A stretch of 60,994 bases of DNA from Parcubacteria group bacterium GW2011_GWD2_38_11 (GTDB lineage: Bacteria; Patescibacteriota; Minisyncoccia; Moranbacterales; GWC2-37-73): the NCBI GenBank assembly GCA_000992325.1, contig LBTZ01000001.1, positions 1 to 60,994 on the forward strand, in the 5' to 3' direction. Numbering within the stretch: the stretch's first letter is position 1; each line of letters opens with the position of its first letter. The notes below the pieces were generated by a model. That model searched no databases. It was given only the letters and a program-made list of their open reading frames with translations, and had not been told where the DNA came from. The translations under genes were made by a program, and so were the position numbers. This document shows positions 43,189-52,377 of the stretch, in pieces.

Positions 43189-45057
43189 ACAAAAATACAA
43201 AACGCTATGGAAAATTTCCTCAAAAAGCACTACCACTGGATTGTTCTCATCATTATGTCTTTTTTTGTCACAGTGTCATTGCTAAACGCAAAAAATGACA
43301 CCGCCACCTTTGACGAGGTTGCACACATTCCTGCAGGATACAGCTACATCACTCAGCAGGATATGCGTCTTAATCCTGAACATCCACCACTACTCAAAGA
43401 TCTGATTGGCATACCGCTAGCATTTCTCGATCTTAAATTCGACACTACCCAACCATTTTGGACTGGCGAAGGATTAAATAAGATTTGGGACGATGGACAA
43501 TGGGCTGCTGGCAAACATTTGCTCTATGAAGCTGGCAACAATCCTGACCAAATTCTTTTTTGGGCTCGACTTCCAATTGTTTTAATCTCAGTGATTCTTG
43601 GTTTATTTCTTTTTATGTGGGGCAAGGAAATCGCTGGGATTTTGGGCGGACTATTTGTCCTCACACTTTATGCTTTTGATCCAAATATTCTTGGGCACAA
43701 TCATTATGTCACCACAGACATCGGCATTGCTGCCTTTCTAACTTTTGCTTTTTATTATTTCCTTAAATTTATCAAGAATCCAACTTGGAAAAATGTTGCT
43801 GTTGGTGGAATTTTTCTGGGACTTGTAAGCTCAGTAAAATTTTCATCACTAATGGCTTTTCCAATTCTCGGACTTGTTCTTCTTGGCTATCCTTTGATTA
43901 AAAAAATATCTCATAATGATATCGAAATAAAAGAGAAATTTTTACGCACAAAATTATTTTTTTCATATCTAATAAAAGGTGTTGCAGCTTTTGCAATTTC
44001 AATGGTTATTGTTTGGATTTTATATTTTGCAAACACATACAATATGCCGCAAGATGTTATTGCTAGACAAATTAATTTCTCCTTTCCTTCTAATGATACA
44101 AATCCTCTCAGCATAGCAACCAACAGCGCATTGACCGCTCTTAATTCATCAACGATGCTTCGCCCATACGCAGAATATTTCCTTGGAGTCACAATGGTGT
44201 TCAAACGTGTCGCTGGAGGAAATGGAGCATATTTTTTAAATAATGTTTCCGGCAAGGCATCTACGATATATTTCCCATTAGTATTTCTCATCAAAGAAAC
44301 GCTGCCATTTCTGGTATTAATTCTCTTTTCATTGCTTTACACTGGCGGACAAATTGTTAACAGCTTCAAAAAATCAATAATTGAAAAAGCTGTCAGGAAA
44401 AATTTCAAACGCTTTTTGCAAACAGGCGTAATGCAATATTCTCTTTTCGGTTTTATTGTTCTGTACTCATATCTCAGCATTACTGGCAATCTGAACATTG
44501 GACTCAGACATCTCTTTCCGATTATGCCACTAGCATATCTCCTCGTGACCAAAAAAGTTTTCGACTTTCTAAGGCATAAGCACTTTGTCACAAAACATCA
44601 ACTGCACGTGCTTTTTGCAATCTTGATTATCTGGATCGTTATGATTCCTGTTTTTAGTTATCCCAACTACGTTTCATATTTCAATGAAACAGTTGGTGGT
44701 AGCAAAAATGGCTACAAGATTGTCACTGACTCAAATGTGGATTGGGGGCAAGATCTAGGCAGGCTAAAGATATTTTTAGATCAAAATCCACAAATAGAAA
44801 AAATTAATGTGGATTATTTTGGCGGCGGAAACCCAGCATATTATCTGGGAGACAAATATATTTCCGGTTGGGACTCCAAGCGACCAATTGAAGCTGGTTG
44901 GTATGCTATCTCAGTAAATTCACTGCAAGTTAGTATTTATGACAAAATGAATAAGACGCCTGAAAATAATTACGCTTGGACACAGCAATATGAGCCAGTG
45001 GATATGATTGGAAATTCAATTATGATTTATTACATACCCTTTACAATAGAGCAATAG
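43183..45057 (+). CDS. GT-C fold glycosyltransferase (PMT_2-like), second paralogue
   Basis: 624 aa, polytopic. The first loop has ATFDEVAHIPAGYSY. The start may instead be the ATG at 43207 (MENFLKK). Confidence 0.7.
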   Translation: MTTKIQNAMENFLKKHYHWIVLIIMSFFVTVSLLNAKNDTATFDEVAHIPAGYSYITQQDMRLNPEHPPLLKDLIGIPLAFLDLKFDTTQPFWTGEGLNKIWDDGQWAAGKHLLYEAGNNPDQILFWARLPIVLISVILGLFLFMWGKEIAGILGGLFVLTLYAFDPNILGHNHYVTTDIGIAAFLTFAFYYFLKFIKNPTWKNVAVGGIFLGLVSSVKFSSLMAFPILGLVLLGYPLIKKISHNDIEIKEKFLRTKLFFSYLIKGVAAFAISMVIVWILYFANTYNMPQDVIARQINFSFPSNDTNPLSIATNSALTALNSSTMLRPYAEYFLGVTMVFKRVAGGNGAYFLNNVSGKASTIYFPLVFLIKETLPFLVLILFSLLYTGGQIVNSFKKSIIEKAVRKNFKRFLQTGVMQYSLFGFIVLYSYLSITGNLNIGLRHLFPIMPLAYLLVTKKVFDFLRHKHFVTKHQLHVLFAILIIWIVMIPVFSYPNYVSYFNETVGGSKNGYKIVTDSNVDWGQDLGRLKIFLDQNPQIEKINVDYFGGGNPAYYLGDKYISGWDSKRPIEAGWYAISVNSLQVSIYDKMNKTPENNYAWTQQYEPVDMIGNSIMIYYIPFTIEQ

Positions 45058-45072
45058 AAAAAACTTTCAAAT

Positions 45073-45102
45073 AAAAACGCTCTCAATCTTGAGAGCGTTT
45101 TT
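45073..45102. terminator. Bidirectional terminator
   Basis: aaaaacgctctcaa-tc-ttgagagcgttttt. Confidence 0.8.
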
Positions 45103-45386
45103 ATTATTCTACATATTTTAAACGGATCATGCACAATATAGGGTTTCAGAAAGAATGACTTGGAATTTTTATTTACCTGTTTTCTTTTTGGCCAATTATT
45201 GCGACAGCAATTCTTGAGTTCTTGACCATAGTCTTGGGTCAAGAACGTGCTCAAAAAGGAAACAGGCAAATAAAAATAAGTGGTGACAATCAATAGTTAA
45301 AACCCCATATTGCGCATGACTCTTTTTAAACTAACAATTTCCCGTTACAATATACTGAAATATTGCAATGGAAGTGATTTTAAATT

Positions 45387-46271
45387 TTATTCTTTCTCTG
45401 TGTTTTCAGTTGACGGATTGTCTATTACCGGCGGTTCAATATTTTTGAATTTATAAAAAGCTTTGTTTTCATTACGAAGGTCAATATAAGCAATTTCACT
45501 TTTCTTATCCTCTGGAATTTCTTTTTTCAAAATAGTTGTCAGTGTTCGCATAGCTGAATCCAAAGAAAATTGAGTAGAAAAATAAAATTCTGTTTCCTGA
45601 TTTGTTTTAACATTGATTTCCTCAGCCATTCGTGATGGCGTGAAATATTGACCAGTTATTTCAAAACCATCAATCCTCAAAGCATCTTTAATGGCAAGCA
45701 CATATTGCTCATAAAAAGGTTCGATAATCTTAGTTCCAATTACCACCTCTCGTCCATTTGTCTCATTTATTTGTAAAAGATTATTACCCAAAAGCTCAGG
45801 CGATGAAAAATCAGCTTCACTATATGCTGTGCCATTTTCATCAAGCAAATAACATTTCTCATTACTGCACCAAACCAGCAAGGCTTTGCGTTCGTCAATA
45901 TCTATATTCACGGTATCTGGAAATTTTTTAATCACACTCAATGTGCGAATTTTTTTAAATTTATCATTCAAAAGATTCTCGAACTTTCCTTGCGAAACGA
46001 ACAAGAAGTTGTTTTTTGGAATTATTCCCAAATATTTTCCTGCCAGTGAATCACTAACAATCTGCTGAATTTCCTGCCCATCAAGCTCTTTCGTGCCTGA
46101 AACAACAATACTGGTAATTTGAAGGTGTTGAGAAAAAAACATAACATATCCAGTCACAGCAATAAAACAAACCAGCAACGTATAGAAAATAAACACCGAG
46201 AAAAATCGTGAAGCTTTTTTTTCTTCCTCACAATCATTTCCTGTGCAATTTTTGATATATTTTCTTCCCAT
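45387..46271 (-). CDS. ftsQ: Cell division protein FtsQ/DivIB-like (TM + POTRA)
   Basis: N-terminal TM (FFSVFIFYTLLVCFIAVTGYVMFF) followed by the POTRA-like LQITSIVVSGTKELDGQEIQQIV. Confidence 0.6.
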   Translation of the reverse strand: MGRKYIKNCTGNDCEEEKKASRFFSVFIFYTLLVCFIAVTGYVMFFSQHLQITSIVVSGTKELDGQEIQQIVSDSLAGKYLGIIPKNNFLFVSQGKFENLLNDKFKKIRTLSVIKKFPDTVNIDIDERKALLVWCSNEKCYLLDENGTAYSEADFSSPELLGNNLLQINETNGREVVIGTKIIEPFYEQYVLAIKDALRIDGFEITGQYFTPSRMAEEINVKTNQETEFYFSTQFSLDSAMRTLTTILKKEIPEDKKSEIAYIDLRNENKAFYKFKNIEPPVIDNPSTENTEKE

Positions 46272-46295
46272 TTTTGTGTTAATTTATGTTTATAT

Positions 46296-46378
46296 AATGT
46301 TGCAATTGTTTTTCCCCGCCCGCAATGCTTCGCATAGCGATGCGGGCGGGCGTGACAAAAAGAAAAATGTATCCGAGC
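46296..46378. mobile_element. Partial family E element with a nested family B palindrome
   Basis: gttgcaattgtttttcc[ccgcccgcaatgcttcgcatagcgatgcgggcggg]cgtgacaaaaagaaaaatgtatccgagcgac. Confidence 0.7.
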
Positions 46379-46382
46379 GACA

Positions 46383-47282
46383 CTACATATCCATAAACAA
46401 TGTTTCTAAAATAAGTCTGCTGTTAGCATTGGTACGTTTCAAAACTGTCATAGCTTTCTGAATTTTTTCAATGATAGCGCAGGCCCTATTGCTTTCTACT
46501 TGATCCACACCAATAGCAATCTTTCTGATCTCCCAAAGCCAAACATTCAATTTATCCAAAGTTCGAACCGCATCCTTGGAAAGATCTTCCGCCAACTTAA
46601 ATTTTTCATTTAATGTTCCCTTTCTTATTTTTTCAAGCTCCACCAAGGCATTGGTTCTAAAAAGTCTTTCGTCATTGTGCTCGCTCAAATATTGCGCCAA
46701 GCCAGGCCTACCAATAGAAAGCTCTACGCAATCTTTTTGAAAAGAAAAATTTTCCGCAAAACCAATTTTTATATCTTCATCGTCAACCAAGCCAAAATTA
46801 ACAACTTGCAAACGCGAAAGTATTGTAGGCAAAATCCTATCAATCTCATTAGTTACCAGAATAAGAATAGTTGTCGGGTTGGGCTCTTCAAGAATTTTCA
46901 ACAATGCGTTTTGACAACCATTTGTCATACGATGAGCATCGTCAATAATAAGAACTTTATATTTTCCGTGATAAGGAAAAAGACTAAGACTAAGTTTGGC
47001 ATCCCTTATCGATTCAATTGAAATATCACGCTGTTTTGAAATACCATTTTTCTCTGTAATCTCAGGCTGCACAATCACCAAATCAAGCATCGCATCCCTA
47101 TCCACATTATCAATATCCAAATTTAATTTACCACTAGAAATAGCACTAAGCGCAAACATTTTCGCCAATGTAAATTTCCCAACCTTTTCCGGCCCAGAAA
47201 AAAGATAAGCATGTCCCAATGTTTTATTTTGGATGCTTCTTTGAAGGATATCTGCTGCTTTTTTATTACCGATAAAATCCAT
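46383..47282 (-). CDS. holB: DNA polymerase III subunit delta'
   Basis: GHAYLFSGPEKVGK, KVLIIDDAHRM, NALLKILEEP and ILPTILSRLQ motifs. ATG at 47282 preferred. Confidence 0.85.
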   Translation of the reverse strand: MDFIGNKKAADILQRSIQNKTLGHAYLFSGPEKVGKFTLAKMFALSAISSGKLNLDIDNVDRDAMLDLVIVQPEITEKNGISKQRDISIESIRDAKLSLSLFPYHGKYKVLIIDDAHRMTNGCQNALLKILEEPNPTTILILVTNEIDRILPTILSRLQVVNFGLVDDEDIKIGFAENFSFQKDCVELSIGRPGLAQYLSEHNDERLFRTNALVELEKIRKGTLNEKFKLAEDLSKDAVRTLDKLNVWLWEIRKIAIGVDQVESNRACAIIEKIQKAMTVLKRTNANSRLILETLFMDM

Positions 47283-47397
47283 AGTATAGAAAATAACAAA
47301 TTCCAAATTAAAAATTTCAAATGAATTACAAAATCCAAATGACTAAAAAATAATTTTTAATTTTGAAATTAAATCATTCATTTGATATTTGGAATTT

Positions 47398-48612
47398 TTA
47401 ATTTGAAATTATCTTTTCAACATATTCCCCAAACTCCCTCCTAAATCTTTCTCTCGAAAATTCTTCTCCTCTTTTTTTAATCACGTCTTTATCATATTTA
47501 TCCTTGTTATCCAAAAATCGTCTCACTCCATCTGCCAGCACTTCCGGTGTCTGAGCATCAAAAAATTCTCCAGTAATTCCCTCCTGCACTGTTTCTTGCG
47601 CGCCACCTTTTCTATATGCAATCACGGGCACACCAACAAGCATCGCCTCCACTGGTGCGATGCCAAAATCATCTTCTGTTGGAAAAATAAAAGCCTCAGC
47701 ATTTTGATAATATTGTGCAACAATTGAGTCTTCTTGCCAACCCAAAATTTTGATATTTTCTTTGGCAATTTTTCTTAGATATTTTTCTTGCTCTCCAGTT
47801 CCAATAACAACCAAGGGAAGTCCGAGCTTATTAAAAGCCTCCACCACCAAATCAACTTTTTTATATGCCGACAATCTTGACACAACTAGAAAATAGGATT
47901 TGGGTTGTAGGTTGTAGGTTGTAGGTTTATGTTTTTCTAATTCCAAATTCCTATTTCCTAATTCCTGATTTACCGGTGGATAAATAACATTGCTCTCTCT
48001 TCTATAATATTTTTCAATCCGCTTTTGTGTATAGACAGAGTTTGCAATCAAATAATCAGGCCTGTCCGCTGCCAAGCGATCCCAGACACGCAGATAATTA
48101 AAAATTATTCTTATCAAAAAATTCATTTTTTTATGTTCAGTTTCTTTGACGTATCTTTCATTATAATCCCAAACAAAACGCATCGGCGAATGAAGATATG
48201 CGATATGCACAGTATCCAATTTTGTGACAATTCCCTTTGACCAAGCGCCAGAAGAAGAAATCACCAAATCATACTCTCGCAGATCAAAAGTTTCAGGAAT
48301 CACTGGAAAAAATGGTAGAAGCCAACGATAATTTTTTCTTAAAAACTTAGGAAACTTTTGCAAATATGATGGCCTAATATCTTTGCCAGCAAAAATACCA
48401 TGCATTTTTTCTTTATCATACAGCAATGTGAAAATCGGTGCCTCTGGATACATCTCCGAAAGTTCCTTAAGCACCCTTTCCGCTCCACCCCACTGCACCA
48501 AAAAATCATGCACCAGGGCTATACGCAGCTTCCTTACTACTCCCTCTCCCTCTGGGAGAGGGTTGAGGTGAGGGGTCACTATGATATTCTTTTTTACTTG
48601 ACTATTTTCCAT
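47398..48612 (-). CDS. Family 4 glycosyltransferase (GT-B) with in-frame repeat insertions
   Basis: N-terminal RIALVHDFLVQWGGAERV. C-terminal EDDFGIAPVEAM (E-x7-E region). Repeat-derived segments LNPLPEGEG (48540-48576) and ELGNRNLELEKHKPTTYNLQP (about 47895-47960). Confidence 0.8.
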   Translation of the reverse strand: MENSQVKKNIIVTPHLNPLPEGEGVVRKLRIALVHDFLVQWGGAERVLKELSEMYPEAPIFTLLYDKEKMHGIFAGKDIRPSYLQKFPKFLRKNYRWLLPFFPVIPETFDLREYDLVISSSGAWSKGIVTKLDTVHIAYLHSPMRFVWDYNERYVKETEHKKMNFLIRIIFNYLRVWDRLAADRPDYLIANSVYTQKRIEKYYRRESNVIYPPVNQELGNRNLELEKHKPTTYNLQPKSYFLVVSRLSAYKKVDLVVEAFNKLGLPLVVIGTGEQEKYLRKIAKENIKILGWQEDSIVAQYYQNAEAFIFPTEDDFGIAPVEAMLVGVPVIAYRKGGAQETVQEGITGEFFDAQTPEVLADGVRRFLDNKDKYDKDVIKKRGEEFSRERFRREFGEYVEKIISN

Positions 48613-48670
48613 ATTTATTATATATTCATTTGAAGTCTTTGACTTCTATTTTAGTTCCTTGGAGGTTATT

Positions 48671-48976
48671 ATGATAACAGAAAAATCTTTATTAACGGTT
48701 AGCATATCTTTACAGCTTCTCGATTTCCTAATTCTCAAGGAACTAGTTTCGGGAGGATGCCCAAAAGAACAACTATCATTCTGTTTTGAAAATGTTGCTA
48801 CTGAAGCAAGTATGGATAATACTGTCAGTTTCAAAGTAACCTTTCCTGTTGATTTAAGTGGCACCAAAACCTACATCGATAACCAGAAAAGACTTTCTCA
48901 AATATTAACAAATGTTTCCGAGATTTCAAACGAAATACGAGAAATACTAAAGCAAAAAGTACTTGCGGTACTATAA
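48671..48976 (+). CDS. Hypothetical protein (101 aa) on the opposite strand between two GT4 genes
   Basis: GGAGG lies 5 nt before the ATG at 48671. A rho-independent terminator (gcagac-tacg-gtctgc plus T8) follows at 48998-49021. Confidence 0.55.
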   Translation: MITEKSLLTVSISLQLLDFLILKELVSGGCPKEQLSFCFENVATEASMDNTVSFKVTFPVDLSGTKTYIDNQKRLSQILTNVSEISNEIREILKQKVLAVL

Positions 48977-49019
48977 CAGTACCATGAAGCTCAATGAGCA
49001 GACTACGGTCTGCTTTTTT

Positions 49020-50291
49020 TTATTTCAAAAGAACCTCCGCGATTTCCTGTGCGCACTTGTCCCAACTAAATCTTTTCACATTTTCCAGGCCTTTCTGTAT
49101 TATAGCATTTTTTAGGGTTTCGTCCGAGATTATTTTATATAAAGCTTGGGCAATGTCTTGAGGGTCTTGAGGGTTGACCAATTGTAGAGGCGCGATTAAT
49201 CGCGCCTCTACGGCTATGATTTCGGGAATCGAAGAATTATTACTAGCCACAACAGCACAACCAACACTTTGCGCTTCCAAAACAGGAATTCCAAAACCTT
49301 CATACAAGGTTGGGAAAACAAAAACATCAGCTTTTTTTAATAATTCCCATTTTTCTTCTTCAGATACAAAGCCTAGTTCAGCAATACTTTCCTTGTATTT
49401 GGAATTTGTAATTTGATATTTAATATTTTCATATCCGTGCCCCGGCTTTCCAGCCAGTACCAACTTGTGCAAAATATTATATTCCTCTTTTAAAATTTCA
49501 AAAGCTTTGATAATATTGCCAACATTTTTACGCTCTTCAATACGACCAACGAATAATAAAAACTTGTCATCAGTCATCAGTAATCGGTCATCGCTTTTAT
49601 CTGAAGTTTTTGTTTCTTGATGACTGATAGCTGATGACTGATGACTATCATAGCCCTCATAAATAACCCTTATTTTTTCATCAGGAACTTTATATAATTT
49701 AATTAAATCTAGTTTAGTGTTGTTAGATACGGATATGATAGTTTTCGCCCACTGACATGATTTCTTAATTGTCCCGCGCATATAAACACGATCCCACCAA
49801 GAATAAGCATTAGGACAAAATTCATATTCCAACCCATGAATAACCACAATAGTATTTTTAGGCCCGCCTGCAACACTATGCGAATATTGCCAATCTTCTT
49901 TATTATTGAAAAATTTTCGAATATACCACACAAACGAATTATTAAATAAACGCGTAGCATTGCGGGCAGGATGAACAGCTGGAACAGTGTGAGCAGGCAC
50001 AAAAAGCACGTCCACGGGATGCAGAATCATTTCCAAAGACAAACCAAGCTGCGTCCAAAATCTTGGAAACTTAATCACCTTTATTTGCCAACTTTTTGGC
50101 AATTCCAAATCATTGATTTTAACGACTCCGTTGTAAGTTGTAAGTTGCAAGTTGTAAGTTTTTTTAACATACAAAACAACCTGCCGATCCTTTAATTTAT
50201 CACGCAGGTTTTTAATGACTTGATATGAATATTCTTCAATACCAGTTCTATTTTTTATAAAAGCCCGAGAAGCATCGATTCCGATTTTCAT
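49020..50291 (-). CDS. Family 4 glycosyltransferase (GT-B) with three in-frame repeat insertions
   Basis: C-terminal LYEGFGIPVLEAQ motif. Insertions: KTYNLQLTTYN (50129-50160); ARNATR...SHSVAGG (49863-49970); HQSSAISHQ...DDRLLMTDD (49566-49645). Confidence 0.8.
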   Translation of the reverse strand: MKIGIDASRAFIKNRTGIEEYSYQVIKNLRDKLKDRQVVLYVKKTYNLQLTTYNGVVKINDLELPKSWQIKVIKFPRFWTQLGLSLEMILHPVDVLFVPAHTVPAVHPARNATRLFNNSFVWYIRKFFNNKEDWQYSHSVAGGPKNTIVVIHGLEYEFCPNAYSWWDRVYMRGTIKKSCQWAKTIISVSNNTKLDLIKLYKVPDEKIRVIYEGYDSHQSSAISHQETKTSDKSDDRLLMTDDKFLLFVGRIEERKNVGNIIKAFEILKEEYNILHKLVLAGKPGHGYENIKYQITNSKYKESIAELGFVSEEEKWELLKKADVFVFPTLYEGFGIPVLEAQSVGCAVVASNNSSIPEIIAVEARLIAPLQLVNPQDPQDIAQALYKIISDETLKNAIIQKGLENVKRFSWDKCAQEIAEVLLK

Positions 50292-50293
50292 AA

Positions 50294-50336
50294 ACCGATA
50301 CGAAACTACGAATTATACACGAATCTACGAACATTC
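50294..50336. repeat. Family C repeat arm (ccgatacgaaactacgaa..cgaatctacgaac)
   Basis: The inverted partner is at 50729-50768. The same paired arms occur at 55690/55773 and 60600/60651. Confidence 0.8.
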
Positions 50337-50717
50337 GCTTAATACTCGTTTCGTTTTAATAAAATCATCTCTAAAATTAACAATCAACCCAAGTTTTTTA
50401 TTAGTATCAATCAAATATCTTTTTGTTTGATAAAAATCTTCTTTTGTAACAAATTTTTTAGCTTTAATCTCAACAACAATACATTCATTAACAATAAAAT
50501 CCAATATATTTCTAGTAAACTCACCTTCTTTATATATTCTATTCTCTCTTAAATAAACTAAGCCCTTTTCTTTTAAGCACCGCTCTATTTCATCACCATA
50601 TTGTTTTTCCTTGCTATATCTTCCTATTTTCCGATGGACTTCAAAAAATATTCCGTTCAATAAGTAAGATAATTCTGGATACAAAATTGTAATACTCTTT
50701 TTAATTTGGCCTTTCAT
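50325..50717 (-). CDS. GxxExxY-family protein (PD-(D/E)XK nuclease fold)
   Basis: LNGIFFEVHRKIGRYSKEKQYGDEIERCLKEKGL...DFIVNECIVVEIKA...KRYL..T..KLGLIVNF matches the GxxExxY/PDDEXK layout as I recall it. The track ORF extends to 50771, but those codons are the repeat arm. Confidence 0.7.
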   Translation of the reverse strand: MKGQIKKSITILYPELSYLLNGIFFEVHRKIGRYSKEKQYGDEIERCLKEKGLVYLRENRIYKEGEFTRNILDFIVNECIVVEIKAKKFVTKEDFYQTKRYLIDTNKKLGLIVNFRDDFIKTKRVLSECS

Positions 50718-50728
50718 TTTTATTTTTT

Positions 50729-50768
50729 GTTCGTAGATTCGAAATCCTTTTCGTAGTTTCGAATCGGT
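50729..50768. repeat. Family C repeat arm (inverted partner of 50294-50336)
   Basis: gttcgtagattcgaaatccttttcgtagtttcgaatcggt. Confidence 0.8.
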
Positions 50769-51775
50769 CACTTAGAAAGTGTAATTGTCCTTTTATAAAC
50801 CTCAAGATTATCGAGTGCAATTCCGATTCCTTTGATCACGCAAAATAATGGATCATCAGCAACATAACATGGCACGCCAATTGTTTTCGTGATTAGTTGA
50901 TCAAGATTACGAAGCAATGCTCCACCTCCGGAAAGAATCATTCCCTTATCCATAATGTCCGCAGCCAATTCTGGAGGAGTTTCTTGAAAAACTTTTTTAA
51001 TCGCATTGATAACTTCTCGCAATTCATCTTGAAGAGCCTCTGTTACCTCATTGGAAGAAATTTTAATTGTTTTTGGCAGTCCACCCATAAGATCTCGTCC
51101 GCGCACTTCCATATGCTCTTCTTTGACTTGCGCTATTGCAGATCCAATTTCTTTTTTAATATCCTCAGCAGTTCTATCGCCAACTGCCAAACCATATTTT
51201 CTTTTGATATAATCAGAAATAGCTTGATCAAATTTATTACCACCCACGCGTGCGCTGTGAGCTGCCACAACACCACCCAACGAAATTACTGCGATTTCAG
51301 ATGTACCACCACCAATATTAATAATCATATTACCAGAAGCATTATGAATCGGAATTCCAGCACCGATTGCAGCAAGCAATGGTTCCTTCACAACGTACGC
51401 TGATTTTGCTCCAGCTTTCACGGCCGCATCAATCACAGCGCGACGCTCAGTCGAAGTCACCCCGGCCGGAATTGAAATCATAATCTCAGGTTTAAAAATG
51501 CGAACTTTTCCAGTCACCTTATTGATAAAATATTTCAACATCGCTTCCGTTACGCGATAATCCGCAATCACACCATCTTTCATGGGGCGGCTTGCCACAA
51601 TATTATCTGGCGTGCGTCCAAGCATTTCGCGCGCTTGATTCCCCACAGCCAAAACAATATTCTCAATTGGAGAAACTGCCACCACCGACGGCTCATTTAC
51701 TACAATGCCCTTACCCGGTATAAAAACCAAAGTATTTGCTGTTCCTAAGTCTATACCTATCCTCCTAATAAACAT
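50768..51775 (-). CDS. mreB: Rod shape-determining protein MreB
   Basis: IGIDLGTANTLVF, actin-fold phosphate motifs, GGGTSEIAVISLGG, ILSGGGALLRNLD. Confidence 0.95.
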   Translation of the reverse strand: MFIRRIGIDLGTANTLVFIPGKGIVVNEPSVVAVSPIENIVLAVGNQAREMLGRTPDNIVASRPMKDGVIADYRVTEAMLKYFINKVTGKVRIFKPEIMISIPAGVTSTERRAVIDAAVKAGAKSAYVVKEPLLAAIGAGIPIHNASGNMIINIGGGTSEIAVISLGGVVAAHSARVGGNKFDQAISDYIKRKYGLAVGDRTAEDIKKEIGSAIAQVKEEHMEVRGRDLMGGLPKTIKISSNEVTEALQDELREVINAIKKVFQETPPELAADIMDKGMILSGGGALLRNLDQLITKTIGVPCYVADDPLFCVIKGIGIALDNLEVYKRTITLSK

Positions 51776-51916
51776 ATCTGTATAAGATAATTAACAAATT
51801 ATAATCCAATCAAGATCTCAGCCAAAGGCTGATCAGCCTTTGGCTGAAATTCCAATTCTTCGTATAAACATAAGCGTAAAAAATTTCTAATTACTAATTT
51901 CTAAAGTTGAGTATTG

Positions 51917-52035
51917 TGTCATTCCCGTGAAAACGGGAATCCAGGCCCGATGCAAATTAATACTATATTTCCTGAAATAATAAATTATATTGAGATAAAG
52001 ACGGGCTGGATTCCGGGTCTTCGCCCGGAATGACA
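51917..52035. mobile_element. Family A double-hairpin element (~119 nt)
   Basis: tgtcattcccgtgaaaacgggaatccagg ... gggctggattccgggtcttcgcccggaatgaca. Confidence 0.8.
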
Positions 52036-52041
52036 AACGAT

Positions 52042-52368
52042 TTAGCTCTTAAATTCGGACACTCTAAAATTTCCGTTTTCTAATTTTCTTTTTTCCCTGC
52101 TCATTATTTTCATATGCTTTTTCCAAAATGCTTCTTCAAATTCTTCCACAGGAATCCCAGTGCTGATCAAATTTCCTAAAATCAAAACAACCAGATCAAC
52201 ATTTTCTTCTAAAAATTCCTCGCGCGATTTCCCTTTTGTCACGGCCTGCGCCAACTCGCCCAGTTCCTCAGTCATCAAATTCAAACGAAATTGCATATCC
52301 TCATTATTCGTCCCCTTCATTTCATTCTTTTTATGAAATTCTGCAATTGCATTATAAAATTTCTCCAT
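52042..52368 (-). CDS. MazG-like nucleotide pyrophosphohydrolase (small all-alpha NTP-PPase)
   Basis: LMTEELGELAQAV...EENVDLVVLILG (EExxE/D metal-binding helices). Confidence 0.65.
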   Translation of the reverse strand: MEKFYNAIAEFHKKNEMKGTNNEDMQFRLNLMTEELGELAQAVTKGKSREEFLEENVDLVVLILGNLISTGIPVEEFEEAFWKKHMKIMSREKRKLENGNFRVSEFKS

Positions 52369-52377
52369 AAGATTTTT

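Noticed and set aside
45030-45293. 87-aa minus-strand ORF between the GT-C gene and ftsQ.
   Set aside because: It overlaps the 3' end of the GT-C gene and a bidirectional terminator. There is no SD and the composition is odd, so it is likely spurious.
51818-51847. Perfect 30-nt palindrome tcagccaaaggctga/tcagcctttggctga upstream of mreB.
   Set aside because: This is a single copy in the window with no adjacent T-run and no obvious link to the promoter geometry. It is noted as another palindromic unit, but there is not enough evidence to call it a terminator or operator.
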